This document shows positions 25,523 through 35,159 of a stretch of 64,000 bases of DNA, one piece after another (positions within the stretch are counted from its first letter, which is position 1; every line of letters begins with the position of its first letter). Position numbers and translations under genes: made by a program. This DNA is from Capsulimonadaceae bacterium (GTDB taxonomy: Bacteria; Armatimonadota; Armatimonadia; Armatimonadales; Capsulimonadaceae), in assembly GCA_965215505.1 (NCBI GenBank), contig OZ244065.1:224001-288000 (forward strand). Reading direction: 5' to 3'. The notes below the pieces were generated by a model. That model was not told where the DNA came from. It saw only the letters and a program-made list of their open reading frames with translations, and did no database searches.

Positions 25523-28276
25523 CTACCCGCCGGTGATCGTCAGCGGGGCCGTCTGGACCACCGACCCCAGCGTCGCCCGGATCGTCACGGTCTGGGTCGC
25601 GGGATTAGCGTAGGTGTTGATCGCGAACGTCGCGCTCGCACTGCCTGCGGGAATGACGACTGCCCGATGGAGGTGAACGATGGACGAGTCGCTGCTGGAC
25701 AGGCCGACGACGACCGTGCTGACGGCGGGGCCGTTGAGCGTGACGGTCGCGGTCACGAGGGTGCCGTCCGTGACCGGGGAGGGGAACGTCAGGGAAGCCA
25801 GGGCGATCGGGTTGACCGCGATGCTGACCGTCGCCGGGGCGCTGGTGTAGGTGCCGTTGCGGACCGTGAACGTGAAGCTGTCCGGGCCGGTGTAGCCGGC
25901 ATTCGGCGTGTAGGTCAGGTTCGGCGCGGTGCCCGACAGGGTGCCGTTCGCGGGGCCGGTGATGATGGCGTAGGACAGTGCCCGGCCATTAGGGTCCGTG
26001 CCGCTGAGTGTGACGGCGACGGGGGCGGCCTGCGTGGTGGTGACGCTCTGGGTGTTAGCTGCGGGCGTGGCCGCCGCGACGGCCTGCCCGACGGCGGCGT
26101 AGGCGTCCAGGATGCCGTACCCGGCGTCCCTGTTCGGGAGCGCGCCGAAGGCGGCATCAATCGGGATGTCCGAAGAGGTCAGCAGGCTGAACATCTTCGT
26201 GGGCTGGCCTATCAGATACGGGTCCGCCGACAGGACCAGGCCGGCGATGGCGGCGTCGTGCGGGGCGGCGGCCGAGGTGCCGTAGAAGGGGGAGAAGTTC
26301 GGCGCGTAGGACGAGACGCCGTCCGAGCCGGTCAGGACCGGCTTCTGCCGGACGACGCCGCCGGTCGAGGAGCGGTTGCCCGGCGTGTATTCCACCCCGG
26401 CCCCGCTGAAGAAGACGCGGCGCGGGCCGTCCGAGCTGAACGCCTCGGTCACGTCCGTGGACTGGAACGAGCGGTTCTGGCCGTAGGGGATGGAGGCGTC
26501 CGCGGCGGCGACGGCGTAACAGGTCGCCGCCCCGGCATGACCCACCAGGCCGAACGGTGTCGAGAGGTTCAGGAGCGCGGCCCCGTCGCTGGTCACGGCC
26601 AGATGCAGCAGGACGCCGTTGCCGCCCGCCTTGACGACGACGACGAAGTCGCCCTGATCAGCCTCGCACGCCTCGATGGGGTCCTGCGCCCCGTTCTGGG
26701 TGTTCGTGGAGGAGAACAAAATCTGAGTGAAGCTGGAGTCAAACACGAAGATGTCGTAGTCGTCCGTCGCCCCCCCCTGTGGATCGGCCCAGAAGAGGAA
26801 AACGTCCTGCTGCGGGTAGCTGCCGCTGGTCAGGACCTGGTTCCGGTAGTCGTTCGCGGCGTCGAACGCCAGCGTCGGCACACCGACATCTTTCGCGGGG
26901 CTGGTCGCGACCGGTAGGGTGACGCCGGAGGCGTTCCAGTCGCCCTCCCAGGCCGCCGTTTTCCCTTCCTGGTCCAAATTGTAGTCGTTGCCGGCCGAGG
27001 AGAAGTAGAATGCGCCCGCCGCCGAAACCGCGTCAACGGCTTGGGCGATGATGCCGTCCTGGAACGGCGGTTCATCGAAGTAGGCCGCGTCGTCTACGAT
27101 GATGTTGCAGCCGGCCTGCTGCAAGGCCTTGATGTTGGTGGCGAATTGTGCATCAGACGGGTTTGCCGTGGCGAAGTAGAGCTGTGCGCCGGGGGCGAGG
27201 CGGTGGACGATCTCCAGCATCGCCGTGCCCTCGCCCGTGCCGCCGCTCGCGCCCGACAGTACCGTCACAGGCCCGAGGCGTCCGGCCCGCTGCTCGGCGG
27301 CGAGGCCCTTCACCGTGTCGGAGAGGACGCCGATCTTGATGCCGGTCCCGTCAACGCCGAACGTCGTGCGGGCCAGCCCGGCGCGCTGGGCCAGGTCGCC
27401 CTGGGGGTCCGGAAGGCTGGTCGTCGCGGCGAACTGGGCGGCAAGCGAGGGCAGCGGAGCGTCTGCCGTGTCCCGGAGGCCAGGCTGGCCCGCCGCCTGG
27501 GCGCGACGGACACGGTCGAGCAGGGCGGGCAGGGCCGCTTTGACGCGCCCCCGGCGAGCCGCCGGCGTGGCGGCGGGAGAAGGGATGGGCAGGCCGGGGA
27601 CCAGGGGGCCGGGACGCACCGCCTTCGTGGGGAGGGTTGTGGTCCGGTGTCCGACCAGGTGCGCCGTCTCGGCGGGCCGGATGGAGCGGACGGCGGGGGA
27701 GGCGGCGACCGTCTCCAGTTGGAGGACCGGCAGGGAGGCGCGGATCGAGTTGTAGGCGGGCCAGGAGCCGACGACGGTGCCCCCGGCGGCGGCGATGCGC
27801 GCCAGCAGGTCGTCGGTGACGGTCGCCTTGATGTCAACGGAAACCATGCCGCTCGCGTCGGGCTGCGCCCTGGCGCTGACGCGGACGGTGTTTAACAGGT
27901 TCAGCGTGGCCGCGCTGAGGGTGCCCGCACCGGCAGCGCCTGCCGCCCTTGCTCCCCTCACACCGGCAGTAGCCGGGGTGGCCGGGGCTGCGGCGCGCGC
28001 GAGGATGGCGGCGCGCAGGAGGTTGGAGTCGATCTTGGCCTGCGATGGGGTGCGGGCGGCTTTCTCGGCCTCAAGCGCGGCCATCTGCGAGAGCGCATAG
28101 GCGGAAACCGGCGGCTGTGTGTCGGCGGTGGTCTTGACGGCACCCCCGGCAGTAGGAATCTGGGCGGCGGCGGGGTGGGGGGTGTTCAGGAACACCGTGA
28201 GGCCAAGAGCGGCCAATCTCAGGGCCGACGCGCGTGCGGGTCGCATTCGGTGGTTCACCTTTCTCGGAGCGGACAT
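25523..28276 (-). CDS. secreted S8 (subtilisin-like) peptidase with Ig-like domains
   Basis: Signal peptide, long prodomain; IGVLSD; GEGTAMLEIVH; SSAGN; FYGTSAAAPH; YTPNAGYTGPDSFTF Ig repeat. Confidence 0.88.
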   Translation of the reverse strand: MSAPRKVNHRMRPARASALRLAALGLTVFLNTPHPAAAQIPTAGGAVKTTADTQPPVSAYALSQMAALEAEKAARTPSQAKIDSNLLRAAILARAAAPATPATAGVRGARAAGAAGAGTLSAATLNLLNTVRVSARAQPDASGMVSVDIKATVTDDLLARIAAAGGTVVGSWPAYNSIRASLPVLQLETVAASPAVRSIRPAETAHLVGHRTTTLPTKAVRPGPLVPGLPIPSPAATPAARRGRVKAALPALLDRVRRAQAAGQPGLRDTADAPLPSLAAQFAATTSLPDPQGDLAQRAGLARTTFGVDGTGIKIGVLSDTVKGLAAEQRAGRLGPVTVLSGASGGTGEGTAMLEIVHRLAPGAQLYFATANPSDAQFATNIKALQQAGCNIIVDDAAYFDEPPFQDGIIAQAVDAVSAAGAFYFSSAGNDYNLDQEGKTAAWEGDWNASGVTLPVATSPAKDVGVPTLAFDAANDYRNQVLTSGSYPQQDVFLFWADPQGGATDDYDIFVFDSSFTQILFSSTNTQNGAQDPIEACEADQGDFVVVVKAGGNGVLLHLAVTSDGAALLNLSTPFGLVGHAGAATCYAVAAADASIPYGQNRSFQSTDVTEAFSSDGPRRVFFSGAGVEYTPGNRSSTGGVVRQKPVLTGSDGVSSYAPNFSPFYGTSAAAPHDAAIAGLVLSADPYLIGQPTKMFSLLTSSDIPIDAAFGALPNRDAGYGILDAYAAVGQAVAAATPAANTQSVTTTQAAPVAVTLSGTDPNGRALSYAIITGPANGTLSGTAPNLTYTPNAGYTGPDSFTFTVRNGTYTSAPATVSIAVNPIALASLTFPSPVTDGTLVTATVTLNGPAVSTVVVGLSSSDSSIVHLHRAVVIPAGSASATFAINTYANPATQTVTIRATLGSVVQTAPLTITGG

Positions 28277-28414
28277 CTGTCTCGCGGCGGGCGAAAAGCT
28301 GCCGCCAAAAAATTATACTGCACAAATCGTGTAAAATGTGGAAGGAGCAGAAAAAGACCGTGATTATGATGGGCTGTTTGCCTGGATCGCTTCCTTAAAC
28401 GACGCGACTTGTTT

Positions 28415-28441
28415 TTAGCACTCTCTTGACACGAGTGCTAA
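28415..28441. promoter_or_regulatory. CIRCE operator (HrcA site)
   Basis: Perfect TTAGCACTC-N9-GAGTGCTAA. Confidence 0.97.
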
Positions 28442-28454
28442 AACGGAGTATACT
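28426..28454 (+). promoter_or_regulatory. groESL sigma70 promoter
   Basis: TTGACA (inside CIRCE spacer), 17 bp, TATACT. Confidence 0.88.
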
Positions 28455-28525
28455 CATGCTCGGAAGTTTTCCATTTCTTGAGCGCGACACACTAAACAAG
28501 ACACCCATTGAAGGAGGTCAGACCC

Positions 28526-30500
<1,975 letters not shown>

Positions 30501-30540
30501 GCTACCCGTCCCCGACGCTAACGTCTGCGACATTGCGGCA

Positions 30541-30580
30541 AGAGAAGCCGGAGGCCGAATGGCCTCCGGCTTCTCTGTTT
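30541..30580 (+). terminator. groEL intrinsic terminator
   Basis: AGAGAAGCCGGAGGCC-GAAT-GGCCTCCGGCTTCTCT-GTTT. Confidence 0.85.
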
Positions 30581-30612
30581 CGCAGGGTATATTGCAAGGG
30601 AAAGACAATCTG

Positions 30613-31143
30613 GTGCAGAAATCAAGTGCTGGCTCGAAATTGATAATCGTGTGCGGTCTTCCCGGCGCAGGAAAGACGACTCACGCTAAAACGCTAAAAG
30701 AAAAGCTTGGCGCGATCCGGTTCTGCCCGGATGAATGGATGGAGATACTCTCGTTTGACTTGTACGACGAAGAAAGACGAGCGAAGATCGAAGCCCTGCA
30801 ATGGAAGTTGAGTCAGGAATTGTTAGCGGCAGGCTTTACGGTCATCATCGAGTGGGGAACATGGGGCAGATCGGAACGCGACACACTACGGCTCGGGGCG
30901 AGGGCGTTTGGTGCCGTCGTGGAGCTGCATTACCTGCCTGCTCCGATAGATGTCCTTTTCGAGCGCATTCAACGCCGGGGCACGGAAGACCCGCCGATGA
31001 CGATGGAAGATTTGCAACGATACTCTCAAAAATTCCAGGCTCCCACCGGCGAGGAAATGGCTCTCTTTGATGTATTTGAGAGCGCCGGACTAACGGAGCA
31101 TCATCAAGAGAGAGCTGTGGATAGCCTGAAATATGCCATTTGA
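30613..31143 (+). CDS. AAA_33-type P-loop kinase/ATPase
   Basis: CGLPGAGKTT; PDEW; lower GC than flanks. Confidence 0.85.
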   Translation: MQKSSAGSKLIIVCGLPGAGKTTHAKTLKEKLGAIRFCPDEWMEILSFDLYDEERRAKIEALQWKLSQELLAAGFTVIIEWGTWGRSERDTLRLGARAFGAVVELHYLPAPIDVLFERIQRRGTEDPPMTMEDLQRYSQKFQAPTGEEMALFDVFESAGLTEHHQERAVDSLKYAI

Positions 31144-31348
31144 GATCAAACAATATGTGGTCGCTTTGACCGAAGACCTGCCTCCGCATGGCCTTGTGCG
31201 CGGTCAGGTCGGGGCGATTGTCGAGCAATACTCGCCTGATGCGTTCGAGGTCGAGTTCGTGGACAACAGCGACTGTACCTACGGGCCTGTCACGCTGAAA
31301 AGCGGGCAACTCATGGTTCTACACTATGAGCCTATCCAGGTGGCGTGA
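31133..31348 (+). CDS. DUF4926 domain protein
   Basis: VALTEDLP..GL.RGQVGAIVE...AFEVEFVD. Confidence 0.85.
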   Translation: MPFEIKQYVVALTEDLPPHGLVRGQVGAIVEQYSPDAFEVEFVDNSDCTYGPVTLKSGQLMVLHYEPIQVA

Positions 31349-31357
31349 ACAAGTACG

Positions 31358-31391
31358 GGAAAGCCAGGGGCCAACCGGCCTCCGGCTTTCC
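31358..31391 (+). terminator. terminator-like hairpin related to groEL terminator (copy 2)
   Basis: GGAAAGCCAGGGGCC-AACC-GGCCTCCGGCTTTCC. Confidence 0.65.
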
Positions 31392-31448
31392 TCTTGTATC
31401 GGGCTATGAGGTATAATGGCTGCATCCATCGGAGAAAGGTCTACGACG

Positions 31449-31688
31449 ATGCACACACTGACTTTGGAGTTGCCCGACGACATTTATGAGCCTCTGCTCC
31501 ACAAGGCACAGCGCAGTGCCAGCACCCCGGAGGCGTTGCTGACTCGGTGGGCCATCGAGGCTGTTCAGCCCGTGCCGGACGACCCGCTTCTGAAACTGCT
31601 CGGCTCCATTGAGGGTGATGTCAGCGACGTTTCGGCCAAACACGATGACTATCTCGGGCGCTCCCTGCTGACGGACACCGGCAGATGA
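31449..31688 (+). CDS. putative antitoxin (RHH-like)
   Basis: TLTLELPDDIY..L; DPLLKLLGSI...DVSAKHDDYL; ATGA overlap with PIN gene. Confidence 0.78.
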   Translation: MHTLTLELPDDIYEPLLHKAQRSASTPEALLTRWAIEAVQPVPDDPLLKLLGSIEGDVSDVSAKHDDYLGRSLLTDTGR

Positions 31689-32101
31689 ATGAAGTCTTCG
31701 CTGACACGTCCGGCTGGGCCAGCGCGTTTGTCCGCACCGAGACCTGTTATTCCATGGCCGCCGCTTTCCTGCGGCAATGGCAGGCGGACGGAACCAGGGT
31801 CGTGACGACGAATTACGTTATCAACGAAGTCTCGGCGCTCCTCACAAGCCCGTTGCGTGTCCCTCGGCCGCAGCAAATCGCCATCCTGAACTCCATTCGG
31901 AATGCGTCCTGGGTGGAAGTCGTACACGTTGACCCGGACCTGGATGAAGCGGCTCATGCCCTGTTTCAGAACAGGCCCGACAAGCTCTGGAGCCTGGTGG
32001 ATTGTGCGAGTTTTGTTGTCATGCAGCAGCGTGGCATCACCCTGGCATTCACCAATGACCACCATTTTGAGCAGGCCGGGCTGGTGCGTTTGCTGAAGTG
32101 A
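31685..32101 (+). CDS. vapC: VapC-type PIN-domain toxin
   Basis: FADTSGW; TTNYVINE; WSLVDCASF; AFTNDHHFEQAG. Confidence 0.9.
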   Translation: MNEVFADTSGWASAFVRTETCYSMAAAFLRQWQADGTRVVTTNYVINEVSALLTSPLRVPRPQQIAILNSIRNASWVEVVHVDPDLDEAAHALFQNRPDKLWSLVDCASFVVMQQRGITLAFTNDHHFEQAGLVRLLK

Positions 32102-32123
32102 GACAAGAGAGTGAAGAACAACG

Positions 32124-32157
32124 AGGATGGCCGGGGCCAATCGGCTTCCGGCTTTCT
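32124..32157 (+). terminator. terminator-like hairpin related to groEL terminator (copy 3)
   Basis: GCCGGGGCC-AATC-GGCTTCCGGCTTTCT. Confidence 0.55.
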
Positions 32158-32188
32158 GTCGTTCTGTACAATTCACCTGTAGCACCCG

Positions 32189-32256
32189 TTGACATCGCCC
32201 GCACATTTGCGGTATCCTTATCGCGAACCATTCTCCGTAAGTAATCGTTTTACAAG
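32189..32256 (+). promoter_or_regulatory. promoter and candidate Fur/PerR box upstream of fur/perR
   Basis: TTGACA, 18 bp, TATCCT; then GCGAACCATTCTC (32223-32235) resembling GAGAATnATTCTC. Confidence 0.5.
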
Positions 32257-32259
32257 ACC

Positions 32260-32724
32260 ATGCAACCGACCATAGAAGGGCGCATCGCCGAGATGTGCCG
32301 AAAGCTCCAGGACAGCGGGCACCGGATGACGCCGCAACGGCTTTGCATCTTGCAGGCGCTCGTCGGATCCAACAGCCACCCCAGCGCGGAAGAGATCTAT
32401 GCCCAGGTGCAGCGCGTCTCGCCGATGACCTCGCTCGCCACGGTCTACAAGACTCTGGAGACGCTGCGGGATATGGGCGAGGCTCTGGAGATGGAGGTCG
32501 GGGACGGTCGGCGGCACTACGATGGCGTCAGGCCGCATTCCCATCCCCATGTCATCTGCACCGGTTGTGGGCGGATCGAGGACGTTGACCTTCAAGACCT
32601 CAGCAGCCTGCAAGCCGAGGCCGGGCAGGCGTCGGGCTACCGGATCAGCGCCCAGCGGGTCGAGTTCTACGGGCTTTGCCAGACGTGCCAAGAGGTATCG
32701 GAACAGAAAGATCAAGTGGATTGA
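32260..32724 (+). CDS. Fur-family regulator (PerR-like)
   Basis: MTPQR; HPSAEEIY; LATVYKTL; HSHPHVICTGCGRIED; GLCQTC. Confidence 0.92.
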   Translation: MQPTIEGRIAEMCRKLQDSGHRMTPQRLCILQALVGSNSHPSAEEIYAQVQRVSPMTSLATVYKTLETLRDMGEALEMEVGDGRRHYDGVRPHSHPHVICTGCGRIEDVDLQDLSSLQAEAGQASGYRISAQRVEFYGLCQTCQEVSEQKDQVD

Positions 32725-33953
32725 GCATCACACAGGACCCCAAGCCGAAGGACGCGGACTCGCGCCGCCTGATCAAAGCCATCGAGGGAAATTGGCAGGC
32801 CGAGATGGAGGGCGCGGCCACCTATCAGGCATTGGCGGACCGGGAAGGCGACCCAAAGCGCCGGCACACTTTGGAAGGTCTGGCGAAGGCCGAAACTGCA
32901 CACGCCCACCTGTGGGAGCGCCGCCTGACCGAGCTGGGCGCGTCCGCCCCGCACTACACCGGGCCGGCCACGGGCGTCGCGGACAGTCTGCCAAACCGCA
33001 TCGGCGGGACGGACGCCACCCTGCGCCGCATCGAGATGGAGGAGCGCAAGCACGTCGCCTCCTACGGGCGGCAGTTGCAGGAGCTTGGGGACGCGGCGAG
33101 CGTCGCCATCCTGGAACGGGTCATCGCGGACGAGCGGGCGCACTCCAAGGCCCTGAAGCACATGCTGGCCCCGACGCCGTCGGTCGCGCCCCCCGTGGAC
33201 GCCCCCATCGGGCAGCACTTCTCGCGTCCCCTGGATCCGCAGCAGGCTTTGGATGATTTGCGGGCGCGCAAGGGGCACAAGTCGCCCGCCTCGTGGATCG
33301 GGGATGCGATCTACGGCGTCAACGACGGTCTGGGCGCGATCTTCGGCATCGTGTCAGGCGTGTCAGGCGCGACGGCGGGGGACAACAAGACGGTCCTGCT
33401 GGCCGGCATCGCGGGCATGATCGCGAGCGCCCTCTCGATGGGGTCGGGGGCGTACCTCGCCGCCAAGAGCGAGCGGGAGATCTACGAGGCCGAGTTGCAG
33501 CGCAAGCGGGCGGAGCTGGCCGAGAACCCCGAGGACGGCCGCGAGGAGATGTCACTGATCTTCCAGATCAAGGGCGTCCCGCTCGAAGACGCCGAGCGCG
33601 TCGCCGCCCACCTCGCCCGCGACCCGGAGCAGCTTCTGAAGACGCTGGCCGCCGAGCAGCTCAACCTCACGGAAGACGCCCTGAGCAACCCTTACGTCTC
33701 GGCCGGCTCAGGGGCACTTTCCACTGCCGTCGGGGCCTTCATCCCCATCATCCCGTTCCTGTTCCTGCACGGTCTGGCCGCCATCATCGCCGCCGCCGTC
33801 GTGTCCCTTTTGGCCCACTTCGCCGTGGGCGCGGCCAAGACCCTGATCACCGTCCGCTCCTGGTGGAGCAGCGGCCTGGAGATGACGGCCGTGGGCGCGG
33901 TGGAAGGGCTGGTGACTTACTTCATCGGCAAGGGGTTGGGCGGGCTGGCCTAG
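32721..33953 (+). CDS. ferritin-like/rubrerythrin + VIT1/CCC1 fusion (MbfA-like)
   Basis: ExxH motifs (ETAH, ERKH, ERAH); DAIYGVNDG; SMGSGAYLAAKSE; TTG start overlaps fur stop. Confidence 0.88.
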   Translation: MSITQDPKPKDADSRRLIKAIEGNWQAEMEGAATYQALADREGDPKRRHTLEGLAKAETAHAHLWERRLTELGASAPHYTGPATGVADSLPNRIGGTDATLRRIEMEERKHVASYGRQLQELGDAASVAILERVIADERAHSKALKHMLAPTPSVAPPVDAPIGQHFSRPLDPQQALDDLRARKGHKSPASWIGDAIYGVNDGLGAIFGIVSGVSGATAGDNKTVLLAGIAGMIASALSMGSGAYLAAKSEREIYEAELQRKRAELAENPEDGREEMSLIFQIKGVPLEDAERVAAHLARDPEQLLKTLAAEQLNLTEDALSNPYVSAGSGALSTAVGAFIPIIPFLFLHGLAAIIAAAVVSLLAHFAVGAAKTLITVRSWWSSGLEMTAVGAVEGLVTYFIGKGLGGLA

Positions 33954-33966
33954 AGGCTGTTGCGAA

Positions 33967-34168
33967 CCATGCCGTTGGGTGCAGTTGCTCCATGGATGGC
34001 ACGGCTATTCAGCCTCCGGCTAACAAGCCCCACTTCTGCACTGGCAGACCCGGAGGGCGCGGGGCTAAGACTTCTCGGACTCCCTTCTGAGTGCCGCGAA
34101 GCGGTACTTCTTAGCGTCTGCGCTGTCTAGCCGTGCCGTTCACGGAGCAACTGCACCCGCCGGCATGG
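33967..34168. repeat. ~200-bp highly structured intergenic element (MITE or ncRNA candidate)
   Basis: About 40-bp imperfect terminal inverted repeat plus two internal hairpins. Confidence 0.65.
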
Positions 34169-34259
34169 CCTTGTCTGGATTTCTCGCACCCACATTGCTG
34201 TGGTATACTGAACCGAGGGAGCATGGCCCGAACGGGCCTGAGCCGAGGGGAGCCACCGC

Positions 34260-35159
34260 ATGGGACGCTATGAACGCCGAGTCTTGCTGGGAGCCGCCGT
34301 GGGGGCCGTCTGCGCCCTCGGCCTACTCCTGCTGCTCGGCTTCCGCACGGCCCGCCCGCCGCGCCTCGTCCGCCCCCCTCAGCCGCCAGGTCCGGTCGGT
34401 CGCACCCCTCCGCCCGGCCCGGCGGGGCCGCTGGCGGGCGTCGTCGTCGTCCTAGACCCCGGCCACGGCGGGCAGGACCCCGGCGCGCTGTGCGGGGAAA
34501 CCTCCGAGGCCGCCCTGACCTACCGCACGGCGACCGAAGTCGCGGCCAGCCTGCGGGACTGCGGCGCCCGCGTCGTCTATACCGTCCGGAGCCGCCAGCT
34601 TGACCCCGCCCTCACGCTCACCGAGCCACCGCTGACACGGCCCGCCGACGCCGTCCTGGCCGCGACGGGCCGGCCGCTCCGGTCCCGAAGCTCGGCCCGC
34701 CCGCTCTGGGAGCGGGCCGAAACGGCGCGCACCGTCTGGGCGCATCGCAGCCGGTGGGACCCGGACGCCCGCCGGAACGTCTTCTTCGTCTCGCTGCACT
34801 ATGACGCCTTCTCGGACGCCGCCGTTTCCGGGAGCGTCGTCTGCGTGGACCGCCGCGTCCGCCGACTGCCCGCCTTGGGGGCGGCACTGGCATCACAGAT
34901 GGCGCGGGGGAGCTTCGGGCGGAACTGCAATTACCGAGGCGTCCGTGGGGTTTCCGGCCACGAGCTTGGGGTGCTGAACCCGGAGCAGAACCCCGTCCCC
35001 GAGAGAGTCCTGCTGGAACTGGCGACGCTCTCCAACCCGCAGGACGCTCTGGAGGCCGCCGACCCCGTGTGGCGCACCGGGATGGCCCACCGGATCACCG
35101 ACGCGATCATCCTCGTCCACCAGGAGAGCCGCGCCCGAAAGGACCTCGCCGGAGTTTGA
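34260..35159 (+). CDS. N-acetylmuramoyl-L-alanine amidase (Amidase_3)
   Basis: N-terminal TM; LDPGHGGQDPGA..E; SLHYDA; LLELATLSN. Confidence 0.85.
   Translation: MGRYERRVLLGAAVGAVCALGLLLLLGFRTARPPRLVRPPQPPGPVGRTPPPGPAGPLAGVVVVLDPGHGGQDPGALCGETSEAALTYRTATEVAASLRDCGARVVYTVRSRQLDPALTLTEPPLTRPADAVLAATGRPLRSRSSARPLWERAETARTVWAHRSRWDPDARRNVFFVSLHYDAFSDAAVSGSVVCVDRRVRRLPALGAALASQMARGSFGRNCNYRGVRGVSGHELGVLNPEQNPVPERVLLELATLSNPQDALEAADPVWRTGMAHRITDAIILVHQESRARKDLAGV

Noticed and set aside
30541-32157. Integron attC array
   Set aside because: I found no RYYYAAC/GTTRRRY boxes around the hairpins and no integrase; kept only as a terminator-repeat finding.
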